A stretch of DNA of 64,000 nucleotides from Octopus sinensis (lineage: Eukaryota), in assembly GCF_006345805.1 (NCBI RefSeq), contig NC_043020.1, forward strand, positions 9,982,001 through 10,046,000. Direction: 5' to 3'. The position numbers and the translations under genes are program-made. This document shows, piece by piece, positions 24,897-37,968 of this stretch; positions within the stretch are counted from its first letter, which is position 1, and each line of letters begins with the position of its first letter. The notes below the pieces were generated by a model, which did not search any database, was not told where the DNA came from, and was given only the letters and a program-made list of their open reading frames with translations.

Positions 24897-24900
24897 GGTG
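23190..24900. repeat. 1.7-kb compound (GGT/AGT)n trinucleotide tract
   Basis: Direct reading; explains the poly-Thr, poly-Val and Pro/Leu ORFs. Confidence 0.95.
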
Positions 24901-25233
24901 ATGGCGTCAATATGATGGAGACGGCGGTCAGTAATGCGAACAGTAATTAAAATGTACGACACGGCCGTCCTGGAGCAAATGGCGACGGCGGCGGCGGTGA
25001 TGAAGTCGTTTGCGTTAGTGTTTACAATAATCACAGTGGCGTAGTGGTTGGTGTTGGTTGGTGGTGACGACGACGATGATGATGATAATGATGTTTTTTG
25101 CCTTTGTCGTGGTTTGTTATTGTTGTTGTTGGTTGGTGGTGAAGTCGTGTCGGTATTTCATCATAATGGTGCCTGTGAGGTCGCTGAAAAGGCGGCGATG
25201 CTGGTGGTGATGGTTACAATTGTGGTTGTTAAA

Positions 25234-25837
25234 GGCGGCGAGCTGGCAGAATCGTTAGCACGCCGGCCGAAATGCGTAGCCGTATTTCGTCTGCCGTTAC
25301 GTTCTGAGTTCAAATTCCGCCGAGGTCGACTTTGCCTTTCATCCTTTCGGATTCGATTAAATTAAGTACCAGTTATGCACTGGGGTCGATGTAATCGACT
25401 TAATACCTATGTCTGTCTTTGTTTGTCCCCTCTGTGTTTAGCCCCTTGTGGGTAGTAAAGAAATAGGTATTTCGTCTGCTGTTACGTTGTGAGTTCAAAT
25501 TCCGCCGAGGTCGACTTTGCCTTTCATCCTTTCGGGGTCGATAAATTAAGTACCAGTTGCGCACTGGGGTCGATGTAATCGACTTAACCCCTTTGTCTGT
25601 CTTTGTTTGTCCCCTCTGTGTTTAGCCCCTTGTGGGTAGTAAAGAAATAGGTATTTCGTCTGCTGTTACGTTGTGAGTTCAAATTCCGCCGAGGTCGACT
25701 TTGCCTTTCATCCTTTCGGGAGTCGATTAAATAGGTACCAGTTACGCACTGGGGTTCGATGTAATCGACTTAATACCTATGTCTGTCCTTGTTTGTGTCC
25801 CCTCTGCGTTTAGCCCCTTGTGGGTAGTAAAGAAATA
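25234..25837 (+). mobile_element. SINE family B trimer. Further copies: 29607-29827(-), 34246-34964(+, tetramer), 45632-45861(+), 47301-47530(-), 53155-53568(-, dimer), 55755-56393(-, trimer), 57405-57520(-, partial)
   Basis: One full head followed by ~184-bp units joined at gaaata|ggtatt; TSD ggttaca(a)ttgtggttgtt at 25212-25230 and 25838-25855. Confidence 0.9.
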
Positions 25838-26593
25838 GGTTACATTGTGGTTGTTGTTGCACGTGGTAGTGATGGTGGGGGATGTTACTGATGTGGTGGT
25901 GGAGGCGTTAGTGTTGTTCCTGGTGCTGGGGATTGTTTATGTTGTTGGTGGTGGTCGTTTGTGGAAGCGAAGGTGGTGGAGGCTGTGGTGGTAGTAGTGA
26001 CTGTGGTGAAGGAGGCGGCGGTGATACTCTTTTTACTCTTTTACTTGTTTCAGTCATTTGACTGCGGCCATGCTGGAACACCGCCTTTAGTCGAGCAAAT
26101 CGACCCCGGGACTTATTCTTTGTAAGCCCAGTACTTATTCTATTGGTCTCTTTTGCCGAACCGCTAAGTAACGGGCACGTAAACACACCAGCATCGGTTG
26201 TTTAGCAATGCTAGGGGGACAAACACAGACACACAAACATATACACACACACTTATATATATATATATATACATATATACGACAGGCTTCTTTCAGTTTC
26301 CGTCTACCAAATCCACTCACAAGGCATTGGTCGGCCCGGGGCTATAGCAGAAGACACATGCCCAAGATGCCACGCAGTGGGACTGAACCCGGAACCATGT
26401 GGTTGGTTAGCAAGCTACTTACCACACAGCCACTCCTGCGCCTATTGAGCATTTCCAAGAAAACCATAAATCGGAAAAGTCCCAGAAATATCACCACCAC
26501 CACCATCATCATAGAGGAAGGTTGGCTCTTCATGGCGAAAGATCTGACTCACATCATCCGGTCTTTCCAATGTTGTGTGTGTATGTGTGTGTT

Positions 26594-26633
<40 letters not shown>

Positions 26634-27308
26634 TGTGTGTGTGCGTGTACGCGCGCGCTCGAGTGTGTACGTGCGCGTATGTTTATGTGTGTGTATGTTT
26701 GTGTATGCGTGTATTCGTTTGTGCGTTTCTGTGTCCTTTTTTTGTCTTTTTTCATACTACCACGAATATCATTGAAACATAATTTAATGGGTACCCATCC
26801 TGTCGCTAACCCTTACCTGTTTTACAAGTAAGGGGTCTCCTATTTCACATGTATTCGAAGACGCAAAGCAAGCAGAACGATTGATTATTATTATTCTCTT
26901 TTACTCTTTTTCTCTTTTACTTGTTTCAGTCATTTGACTGCGGCCATGCTGGAGCACCGCCTTTTAATCGAGCAACTCGACCCCGGGACTTATTCTTTGT
27001 AAGCCCAGTACTTATTCTATCGGTCTCTTTTTTGCCGAACCGCTAAGTGACGGGGACGTAAACACACCAGCATCGATTGTCAAGCAATGCTAGGGGGACA
27101 AACACAGACACACAAACACACACACGCATATATATATATATATACATATATACGACAGGCTTCTTTCAGTTTCCGTCTACCAAATCCACTCACAAGGCTT
27201 TGGTCGGCCCGAGGCTATAGTAGAAGACACTTGCCCAAGGTGCCACGCAGTGGGACTGAACCCAGAACCATGTTCTTGGTAAACAAGCTACTTACCACAC
27301 AGCCACTC

Positions 27309-27355
<47 letters not shown>

Positions 27356-27357
<2 letters not shown>

Positions 27358-27818
27358 GAGTGAGAGAGCAATGCATGCCATCAAAGTGACACTGGGGTAA
27401 AATATACGAAGCCCAGTATACCCATCATGACTACCCGTCTGATAAGGGTACACTAAGCACATGCATCACAACCATATGTGTGCAACATGGTGATCTCATA
27501 TCACGATAAACAGCACATGACCTTGCAGGTGGGGCCCAGTTAGAATTTTCTTCAGGTCGAGTAGCCCATCCTGCTCAAAAGGTCCCTGAAGAAGGGTTGC
27601 TTTAGGATGTTGAACGAAACACCCATGTTTCCAGAGGTGAACTATTCAAACCCCAAAGAATTCCTCTCAACACATGGCCATGATGCTCCCCGACTACTTC
27701 TTCTCGTGATCAGAGATGCACATATCGTCAGCCACTAAGGGACATACTCAACTGGTTAAGGTCAAACAACTGACAAGCAAATCTGTGGTATTGAGCAGAA
27801 TATTTTCTGTAGCCCATC

Positions 27819-27820
<2 letters not shown>
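27356..27820 (-). mobile_element. Family I retroposon with (AAT)n tail and no tRNA head. Further copies: 49627-50190(+, longer) and 50218-50680(+)
   Basis: High identity among the three copies; each is embedded in AAT/ATT microsatellite. Confidence 0.8.
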
Positions 27821-27859
<39 letters not shown>

Positions 27860-28745
27860 ACAAACTTTTTATTATTATTATAACAAACTATCAAAAGTTG
27901 TCAGCTTGTGTGACGAGTGTGGAAGATAATTATTTCATAAACGTCAGCCTGAAATCAGTTTGCCATGGGAAGCAAATAGTAATTTTTTTTGTTTCGTTAT
28001 TGTCAATATAGGAATATTTCATCGCACTATGTAGCTTATTATTATTATTGTGGAGACGCAATGGCCCAGTGGTTAGGGCAGCGGACTTCGATTCCCAGAC
28101 CGGGCGTCGTGAGTGTTTATTGAGCGAAAACACCTAAAAGCTCCACGAGGCTCCGGCAGGGGATGGTGGTGATCCCTGCTGTACTCTTTCACCACAACTT
28201 TCTCTCACTCTTACTTCCTGTTTCTGTTGTACCTGTATTTCAAAGGGCCGGCCTTGTCACTCTCTGTGTCACGCTGAATATCCCCTGAGAACTACGTTAA
28301 GGGTACACGTGTCTGTGGAGTGCTCAGCCACTTACACGTTAATTTCACGAGCAGGCTGTTCCGTTGATTCGGATCAACCGGAACCCTCATCGTCGTTACC
28401 GACGGAGTGCTTCCATCCATCCATCATTATTGTATTACGCATGCGCGGAAGTGTTCGTTCGACTAGGTGCTACTGGCTTAATTACGCACGAGCTAGTTAG
28501 AGAAGGGGTGCGTATTATACACAAGGTTTAGCTTTTTTCAGAGGAACAGCCCCCTAAAAATCCCTGCGTATTATACTCAATGGCGGACTATACTCGAGGA
28601 TTTACGGTAGTTCTAATACGGAAATGGATGAAGCTCTGTTACAGTGGAGAAAGCTACGTTTGTCAGTTTTTGATACAGATGAGGATAGACGGAAAGAGAG
28701 TATAGGGCATTCTGCGCTCAGATGTTACACCTCAGCTCTCTCTTT

Positions 28746-29306
28746 GGATCATTTCCTTTTGAACGGCAGTTTTCAACACAATTTCTAGTTAACTATAAAC
28801 ACTTTAAAACTTCGTATACTGGTAGAATGTGTCAAAATAAAACATTTTTTCCTCTTGGCTTTCTTGATAAAATTGTACGCTTTCCGTACGTATACGGAAA
28901 GCGTGTGTATAAAATTATAGAATTATTTTGTTTGTTAATTGTTTAAATTATTTTCCATTGCTTTCGTTTTAGCCTTCCGTTTTTTTTTTTTACACGCGTA
29001 ACAATTAAATTAATTTAACAATTAAGAAAACAAAATTTAGGGTTAGGGTTAGGGTGAGGTTTAGGGTTAGTGACAGGATGTTGTCTCAGTTTTAGACGCA
29101 GCAAATGATTTTAGCTCAATTAGAGGCGATTCATTGGTTAAAATTCGAAAAATTAATCTACGTTAAACAAACGAATTACAATTTTATCAAGAAAGCCAAG
29201 AGAAAAAAATGTTTTATTTTGACACATTCTACCAGTATACGAAGTTTTAAAGTGTTTAGTTAACGAGAAATTGTGTTGACATGTGCCGTTCAAAAGGAAA
29301 AGATTC
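28746..29306. mobile_element. MITE with ~105-bp TIRs, 8-bp TSD and internal TTAGGG-like repeats (Merlin-like)
   Basis: TSD ctctcttt at 28738-28745 and 29307-29314; GG..CC-type termini. Confidence 0.75.
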
Positions 29307-29334
29307 CTCTCTTTGATCAATTTTCAAGGTGTCA

Positions 29335-30260
29335 TCTACTTTCCGCAAGTGCGAAATTCTCGGGGGACTGGATTGATGCCTTGCCTGTGGCCAACACTGG
29401 CGGTCCACTTAGTGTGAATGAGCTCCAAATCTCCATTGCACTCAGAGTGGGAGCCGACGTCTGTGGGGGACTGACATATCGCTGTGGTAGGCCCCCTCGA
29501 CTCCACAGGCCTTCACATACTGTCTTGTCCCCGAAATGCTGGTCGTTTCGCTCATCACACCGAGCTAAACTTAATCAGTAAGTGGGCCCTGGCTCGCATG
29601 AATACTTATTTCTTTACTACCCACAAGGGGCCAAACACAGAGAGGACAAACACGCGGATTAAGTCGATTATATCGACCCCAGTGCGTAACTGGTACTTAT
29701 TTAATCGACCCCGAAAGGATGAAAGGCAAAGTCAACCTCGGCGGAATTTGAACTCAGAACGTAACGGCAGACGAAATACTGCTAAGCATTTCGCCCGGCG
29801 TGCTAACGTTTCTGCCAGCTCGCCGCCTTAACCCCATCAGTTCTAGAGCCAGTATGATGATTATTCAGAAGAGGTGGGAAGAGACCAGATGGTCTTACCC
29901 TTTGTCTCTAGGTAAGAGGTAGGTGCCTCATCTGGAACGTCACAATCTGTGACTCCTTTACGCCCCTCCCACATCCTAGATGCCGCGGTAAATGTGAGGG
30001 TCACTGCTTTCGTAGCCGAACGGAACATCCTTGCTTGTCGGTGAACCATTTCTTCCAGCCTGTGACGTTTGAGACGTTTGGAGGGGGCTGGGCCGTTAAC
30101 AATGAATTTCGTTGTCGTCGTTAGGAGGTTTGCTTCAGAGGTGTCACGTGATGCTCGTAAGAATGCTTGGCTGTACCAAAGCCTTAGCCTCGCCATCGCC
30201 CGCGCGGTAATGCCACGATCGTGTTGGTTTGCTTCAGTAGGTTCCCTTGAACCTTGAGGT
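29335..30260 (+). mobile_element. CRE-like (restriction-like endonuclease) non-LTR retrotransposon C-terminal remnant, interrupted by SINE B
   Basis: IALRVG...CG.PLDSTGLHILSC...HTELN..SVLEP...GKRPDGLT...FQPVTFETFG...WLYQSLSLAIAR: CCHC-like knuckle plus PD-(D/E) endonuclease pattern, read across frameshifts. Confidence 0.65.
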
Positions 30261-30961
30261 GTTCGACGAATTGATGCACTTAGTGTTGAATTGATGCTTT
30301 TTCTCTTCTTTTTTCTTTTCTTTCTCACGTTAGTGTTCTTCGATTTGGGATTTGGATTTTAATGTGGTTTTGTATCATATACTAGCAGTATCGCCCGGCG
30401 TTGCTAGGGTTTGTAAGGGAAATAACTATATAAGCATTTTTAGAGAGTCACTTCCCTTATAGATGCCAATTCGGGCTTTCTTAGCCATTTCTGTTTTGGT
30501 GTCTTCAAGCCATGAAGTCGTTGTTCTAAAAGAACGCTGGTCTCCTTCACAACGCATTACGACGTTGATTTCTTTACACTCCCTTCCCCACAGCTTCACG
30601 AGGGAGGGAAGGGGGAGAAGCAAACAGGTGCAGCTGTGAGCGTGGACGCCAACTCCGCCGCCATCGACACACGATGCATTTTATGCATTAAAATGGAATA
30701 AAAAATGATGTTAAATTATTTTTAAAATCGTAGACTCATCGTTGACGCGCGCTAATAGCCAGACGGGCTCGATATGAATCACGACTATAAGATACCCGAA
30801 TTTGGTTAAACTGCACCGTAAAATGTGGGAGGAGTTAGGAATCTAAATCGAAGGGGACAGACACTCACACAACTAGAGTTTTATATATATAGATAGATAT
30901 ACCATATAATACGTGATATGTAATTATTAAATTCAAATTTTAATTTTAAAAACCAAACTAA

Positions 30962-31379
30962 GGATCTTTTCGGTTTGAACGGCAGTTTTTTCTAGCGGTG
31001 TCATATGAAATTGTCACCCGTAATTATGACCCTAGTATCGATCTATTGCATTTCAATCTGTTTTAGAGTTAGAGTTAGGGTTAGGGATGGGGGGAAGGGC
31101 ATCTTTTTTTATTCACAAATGTAAATAAACCCAATCTGTTTCTTAAACGAGGGACATATTCATACGGCACAGAATGTTTTTTTACCTTAATACACGTCAT
31201 TGATTGGTTGAAATTGCAGAAATTGAAAAAAAATATATCTTACAAACTATAGAATTTTCTCAATAAAGCCAAGAGAAAAAGATGTTTTATAAACACATTC
31301 TACCAGTATACGAAGTTTAAAAGTGTTTAGTTACGTGGAAATAATTTTTAAAAAACTGCCGTTCAAACCGAAAAGATCC
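30962..31379. mobile_element. MITE family G (TIR ggatcttttcggtttgaacggcagtttt). Further copies: 32268-32694, 37473-38309, 38310-38648
   Basis: TSD ccaaactaa (9 bp) here and cactggac (8 bp) at 32260-32267 / 32695-32702; 8-9-bp TSD with GG termini fits Merlin/IS1016. Confidence 0.8.
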
Positions 31380-31487
31380 CCAAACTAACAAAAAAAAAAA
31401 AAAAAAGGAACTGTACAATGTATTTTAATTTTAGATAATCTTTAAAGATATTTGATGAAGGGATATGATATTACAAATACATTTTTT

Positions 31488-31888
31488 GGCGATCTTTCGT
31501 CTCTAGTAGACCTTTCCGTCGATTTCCGTACAAAATTTTTTTTTTTTTTACATATGGGCTTGCGGGAACTTTTGAAGTAATATACATACATATACACATA
31601 CACCGAGTAAAAAATTTCAGTTATCTCTGTCTCTTCACACATACTAACAGAAGCACTTCACTTACACAACATACTGTCTGTCTCCCACACCCCATCAAAA
31701 ACACACACACATGTACATCAATGCTTGCCATGCACGGTAACTTCAAAAGAACTTCCCTCGTCATAAAATGGCTTTCTCTTAGTCTCTTTCGCTCTCATTA
31801 CTTCAAAAGTTCCCGCAAGCCCAGATGTAAAAAAAAAAAATTTTTTACGGAAATCGACGGAAAGGTCTACTAGAGACGAAAGATCGCC
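31488..31888. mobile_element. MITE family H (~90-bp TIR ggcgatctttcgtctctagtag...). Further copies: 33139-33549, 35359-35757; related small element 33684-33882
   Basis: TSDs catttttt, gcaaattg, ttttaacaa and ctaaattt; the GGCGA terminus matches the Merlin GGNRM consensus. Confidence 0.85.
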
Positions 31889-33664
31889 CATTTTTTGATA
31901 TTCTTTTGAGAAGGAAAGTTTATCAGGCCAGTTACTTTGCCTAACTATCATTACTCCACGGCGAAGGAAAAAACGCGAAACTGAATGGTTGTTAAATATA
32001 GAACTGTTTATTTTCAGGTCCCAAGAGTGTGTGTGTCATGTATTTTATTTAGTTTTAGGTAAATGCTTAGAGATGACCTTTAAAGAGACATAATATCGCA
32101 AAGACTTTATTTTTCTTGACATTCTATCGGGAAGTTGATTGGGCCACTTACAACCCTAACTATAATTGGAGGCAGAAAATAGCATGAAATTCGGCGGTTG
32201 TTGAGTGAAATACAAATGTTTGTTTTTCTGAGACACAGCGATGTTTTAATGCATGGGTACACTGGACGGATCTTTTCGGGTTGAACGGCAGTTTTTTCTA
32301 GCGGTGTCATATGAAATTGTCACCCATAATTATGACCCTAGAATCGATCTATTGCATTTCAATCTCTTTTAGGGTTAGGATTAGGGTTAGGGGTGGGGGG
32401 AAGGGTATCTTTTTTTCTTCACAAATGTAAATAAACCCAATCTGTTTCTTAAACGAGGGACATATTCATACGGCACAGAATGTTTTTTTACCTCAATAGA
32501 CGTCATTGATTGATTGAAATTGCAGAAATTGAAGAAAAAACCCCCACAAATATCTTACAATCTATGGAATTTTCTCAATAAAACCAAGAGAAAAAGATGT
32601 TTTATAAACACATTCTACCAGTATACGAAGTTTAAAAGTGTTTAGTTACGTGGAAATTATTTTTAAAAAACTGCCGTTCAAACCGAAAAGATCCCACTGG
32701 ACAGTTGCCCAAGGGCCTCACGCATTAGGGGTCCCAGTTCTGATTTATGTATGCTATAACTTGCTGCAATAAATAATATTACAGGGCCCCATTGCATTGA
32801 CTTGCTGAGAAACAGATAATACTAATAAAACGGTGCCATTGAGAAAGTAAGCGGCACAATCAACTTCCGAAAGAATACCACGAATGTCTCTGCAACATCA
32901 ATGTCCCTTTCAAGTTGAGGTTCTCAACCTTTCTTTTGCCTGTGGACCCTGCTGGGATCCCCTCGTTGATTCCTATTGTACTCTACTGCACCTCCATAAC
33001 TATTTGAAGTTTCAAAAATTCCATTATATTTTTAGAGTTAAACTTTATTATAAATTGTATAAGAAAATTGTTAAAATATTTTGCGTAATTATGGCACTTT
33101 GTAAAATGTGCTGCTTTTCACTGAATTATAGCAAATTGGGCGATCTTTCGTCTCTAGTAGACCTTTCCGTCGATTTCCGTAAAATTTTTTTTTTTTTTTA
33201 CATATGGGCTTGCGGGAACTTTTGAAGTAATGAGAGCGAAAGAGACTAAGAGAAAGCGATTGTATGACGAGGGAAGTTCTTTTGAAGTTACCGTGTATGG
33301 CAAGCATTGATGTACATGTGTGCGTGTGTGTGTGTGTGTGTTTGATGGGGTGTGGGAGACAGACAGTATGTTGTGTAAGTGAAGTGCTTCTGTTAGTGTG
33401 TGTGAAAGAAAGAGATAACTGAAATCTTTTACTCGATGTATGTGTATATGTATGTATATTACTTCAAAAGTTCCCGCAAGCCCATATGTAAAAAAAAAAA
33501 AAAATTTACGGAAATCGACGGAAAGGTCTACTAGAGACGAAAGATCGCCGCAAATTGTAACAAACAGAATTTAATTTGATAAAACTACACACAATAAATA
33601 TTCACATTGGTAAATGCACATAGCATAATTTATCGATCCCATCTTACACCTCTAAAGCTTACAG

Positions 33665-33957
33665 ATTTTGAACAACTAAATTTGACGATCCTTCGGTATA
33701 CGTACCGTAAGTACCAGAAGTGGCTTTGTTTACATTTCTGAACATAACAGAAACCCTTTTCTCCCACCCTTAACCCTAACACAAACCCTAATTCTAACCC
33801 ATACCCCCCCCCCATATATATATATATAAACACTTTCTTGAAATGTATCCGGCACTTCCGGTACGTATACCGAAGTTACGCCCTAAATTTTATATGGAAC
33901 CTCAAGGGTCATGTTGGACTCCGCTTGAGGACCAGTTTTAAAGGTTATGGTCTATAG
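33665..33957 (+). pseudogene. Decayed paralog of the putative exon at 35248-35332, with a stop, a frameshift and a MITE insertion
   Basis: ttacag acceptor; KFYMEPQ..GLRLR versus KSYMDPQRQNGLRLK, with synonymous third-position differences (CCT/CCC, CTC/CTT, CGC/CGG). Confidence 0.5.
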
Positions 33958-35247
33958 CAGTCTTCTTAAAATCCTGCAGTGCTTCACTGCTGACGTGTGT
34001 GGTCAGGTTTTGTCAACAGCATGAAGACTCTATCGTGAGGTAAACAACAACAAAATAATTCAACAACAATAACAAAATTAATAAGAGAACAATGCACCCA
34101 ACCCACCCAACAATAAACCCTGCGGGCGCAGTACCGTGTTTGCGAAAGAAAAAAAAATTCATTTGTGGCTGCCAAACATTGATACCATCACCAATCTAAA
34201 CAGTCAAAGTGGAATGTTACGACCAAGGATTGCCATTGACGGCGGTACGTTCTGAGTTCAAATTCCGCCGAGGTCGACTTTGCCTTTCATCCTTTCGGGG
34301 TCGATAAATTAAGTACCAGTTACGCACTGGAGTCGATGTAATCGACTTAATCCATTTGTCTGTCCTTGTTTGTCCCCTCTGTGTTTAGCCCCTTGTGGTT
34401 AATAAAGAAATAGGTATTTAGTCTGCCGTTACGTTCTGAGTTCAAATTCCGCCGAGGTCGACTTTGCCTTTCATCCTTTCGGGGTCGATAAATTAAGTAC
34501 CAGTTACGCACTGGGGTCGATGTAATCGACTTAATACCTATGTCTTTCCTTGTTTGTCCCCTCTGTGTTTAGCCCCTTGTGGTTAATAAAGAAATAGGTA
34601 TTTAGTCTGCCGCTACGTTCTGAGTTCAAATTCCGCCGAGGTCGACTTTGCCTTTCATCCTTTCGGAGTCGATAAATTAAGTACCAGTTACGCACTGGAG
34701 TCGATGTAATCGACTTAATACCTCTGTCTTTCCTTGTTTGTCCCCTCTATGTTTGGCCCCTTGTGGTTAATAAAGAAATAGGTATTTAGTCTGCCGCTAC
34801 GTTCTGAGTTCAAATTCCGCCGAGGTCGACTTTGCCTTTCATCCTTTCGGGGTCGATAAATTAAGTACCAGTTACGCACTGGAGTCGATGTAATCGACTT
34901 AATACCTATGTCTTTCCTTGTTTGTCCCCTCTATGTTTAGCCCCTTGTGGGTAATAAAGAAATAGGTATCTCCAGGAACATTAGGGTTGTCAGAATGGTT
35001 TATAGTCTACAATAAAATACTTCGAGACATTCCTATTTAATTGATTTCATTAAGTAAACCAGTCTCCATAAAACTGAGGCCACGAGTCCATATCTACGAG
35101 TCGATATTTACATACGTATACATATAAGCCACATTTCGATCAGCTTGATCAACGGAGATCAAAACAAACCGAAATGTGGCGTAGATTATATTGATTATCG
35201 ATTTATAGACAAAAGGTCACAAATTATGTTCGTGGTGGTAGAAGCGA

Positions 35248-35332
35248 TCATCGACCATCCACAGCTGTAGCTTTCAACCGAAGTCCATTCTGCCTTTGGG
35301 GATCCATATAAGATTTGTTAAAAGTTATACTT
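35248..35332 (-). CDS. Putative last coding exon of an unidentified gene (SITFNKSYMDPQRQNGLRLKATAVDGR*)
   Basis: aattacag acceptor; phase matches the exon at 36386-36569; paralog shows a synonymous substitution pattern. Confidence 0.45.
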
Positions 35333-35946
35333 CTGTAATTCACTGAATATTTTAACAAGGCGATCTTTCGTCTCTAGTAGACCATTCCGTCGATTTCCGT
35401 AAATTTTTTTTTTTACATATGGGCTTGCGGGAACTTTTGAAGTAATATACATACATATACACATACACCGAGTAAAAAATTTCAGTTATCTCTCTCTTTC
35501 ACACATACTAACAGAAGCACTTCGCTTACACAACATACTGTCTGTCTCCCACACCCCATCAAACACACACACACACACCTGTCCATCAATGCTCCCATGC
35601 ACGGTAACTTCAAAAGAACTTCCCTCGTCATACAATCGCTTTCTCTTAGTCTCTTTCGCTCTCATTACTTCAAAAGTTCCCGCAAGCCCATATGTAAAAA
35701 AAAAAAAATTTTTTTACGGAAATCGACGGAAAGGTCTACTAGAGACGAAATATTGCCTTTTAACAATTTTTAAATACAATTTCTAACATTTAATTATAAA
35801 AATAGATCAGTTTTTGAACAACGTCTGGCTACGAGGGTCCATCCTAGTAAAATATAAATCAAAGGGGTCTATAGGTGAAAAAAAAAATGGTTGAGGAACA
35901 CTGATCTACAGAATTTGATGACAGAATTAGGGGATTCGTAACTAAA

Positions 35947-36281
35947 GGTAAAGACCCCCTTCGGTCATGAATGACCATGGGATTGCACCTAGAAAGTTAC
36001 CCTCCTAGACACAAGTCTGGGCAAGGTTGGTTATGGAAGACCAGCAGTCGCCCATGCATACCAGCCTCCCCTCTCCACGCCACCAGTGTTATCCAAGGGA
36101 AAGACAAAGGTCGATACAGCTTGGCACCAGTGACGTCGCAACTCATTTCTACAGCTGAGTGAACTGGAGCAACGTGAAATAAAGTGCCTTGCTCAAGAAC
36201 ACAACACGCAGCCCGGTCCGGGATTCGAGCTCACAACCTCACGATCGTAAGCTCGACGCTCTAACCACTGAGCCATGCGCC
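35947..36281 (-). mobile_element. SINE family F (tRNA head, CORE-like block, tail ending tttaccttt). Second copy 54534-54870(-)
   Basis: ggcgcatggctcagtggttagagcgtcgagc...ctcgaatccc head; TSD ttcgtaactaaa at 35935-35946 and 36282-36293. Confidence 0.9.
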
Positions 36282-36385
36282 TTCGTAACTAAAAGCTACA
36301 TAAATGTAGGTTTAGGATTCTAATATAGGACAATGGCAGCAAGAGGCAACGTTTTGAAGGCAAAGATACAATCGATTAAGTCTAC

Positions 36386-36569
36386 CTGACTATGGCGAAA
36401 GTAAAGAATACGTACACAGGGTGTTTAGGGTCAGGGTTTTTGTTGCGCCGAAAACGGGTGGCGTAAGAATTTTGCCCCTCGACAATTAATTTATTAATCA
36501 TCGGAAGTATCAAAGACAAATGTGTTTCAGATGAGAACATGAATCTGTCAGTCGCTTTCCCCAACCTTG
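36386..36569 (-). CDS. Putative 184-nt internal exon (RLGKATDRFMFSSETHLSLILPMINKLIVEGQNSYATRFRRNKNPDPKHPVYVFFTFAIV)
   Basis: tttgcag acceptor, cag|gtagac donor, open in one frame only, non-repetitive sequence. Confidence 0.45.
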
Positions 36570-37016
36570 CTGCAAATAGTACGGCATTTTTGTTTTAGTT
36601 TTACCATTTCAATGACGGAGTTTAATAATCCGTTAAATTCAAAATTTTATTTAACATTAACAAAGAATCCATTTTGTATATTTTGGAGTCACAGAAAACG
36701 GAGAGGGAATCTCTTTAAGAACCTTAAATTTGCTTAGAAAACTTGATTTAGAGTTATATATAAAAGAAAATAAGTTTCTTAATCTGTTGACAACAAAGAA
36801 AGCATCGGTAAATTTAAGAAGACATCGGTAAATTTAAGAAAACATCAAGTGTTTGGTCACATATACAGAAATACGAAAGCTATGCGTTACATGATGAGAA
36901 TGAAACTGAAAGTAATTAGCATCTCTTTTTTAAAAAAATTTTAAGAGGACAGGAGATAGATGGATGTTCAAATAAGTAATATATATATATATATGCGTGT
37001 GTAAATAAGGGCTTAC

Positions 37017-37065
37017 CACAATTTGATGGGCCAAAATTCCCATTTCTTGGTATATGTAGACCTTT
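37017..37065 (-). CDS. Putative 49-nt exon (KGLHIPRNGNFGPSNC)
   Basis: cttttgtccttccgtatag acceptor, g|gtaagc donor; phase 1 end fits the next exon. Confidence 0.4.
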
Positions 37066-37934
37066 CTATACGGAAGGACAAAAGTCGAACTGCAAGGCGA
37101 AATTGTCATGTCATCGAACACGTCACAAACGGTTTCATCGTTGTCTTCTTCGAAAATATGATTCAAGTTGGTGATGATGGTATTGCTTTTGTTGTTTGTC
37201 TTTCTTTGATAAATATTAGGATATTATTTTTTTTTTCTTTTCTTTTTATCATTGTCTTTCGTTTTGTTTTTAACAATCTAATCTCGCCTGTCGATTTGCA
37301 CAAACGCGCGCGCACGCACACAGGCAAGCAGGAAAGCAGGCAGACAGTCAGATAGATAGATATGTTTCTTTATTAGCCACACAGGGCTGAACACAGGCGG
37401 CGGGACAAATTACAAAGTAGGGCTTTTCATTATAGGGAGAAAAAAAAAAAGAAAAAGTGGGGTAGGTTTTCGAGATCTTTTCGGTTTGAACAGCAGTTTT
37501 TTTTCTAGCGGTGTCATATGAAATTGTCACCCATAATTATGACCCTAGAATCGATCTATTGCATTTCAATCTATTTTAGGGTTAGGTGTTGGGGAAGGGT
37601 ATCTTTTTTTCTTCTCAAATGTAAATAAACCCAATCTGTTTCTTAAACGAGAGACATATTCATACGGCACAGAATGTTTTCACCTCAACAGACGTCATTG
37701 ATTGGTTGAAATTGCAGAAATTGAAAAAGGAAAACCAAAACAAATATCTTACAAACTATATAGGCGCAGGAGTGGCTGTGTGGTAAGTAGCTTGCTAACC
37801 AACCACATGGTTCCGGGTTCAGTCCCACTGCGTGGCATCTTGGGCAAGTGTCTTCTGCTATAGCCCCGGGCCGACCAATGCCTTGTGAGTGGATTTGGTA
37901 GACGGAAACTGAAAGAAGCCTGTCGTATATATGA

Positions 37935-37968
<34 letters not shown>

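Noticed and set aside
22920-25034. 704-aa poly-Thr mucin-like ORF (also the Thr-rich ORF at 44225-44818)
   Set aside because: Trinucleotide slippage keeps frames open on both strands; no signal peptide, domain or convincing splice sites. Cannot be fully excluded without RNA data.
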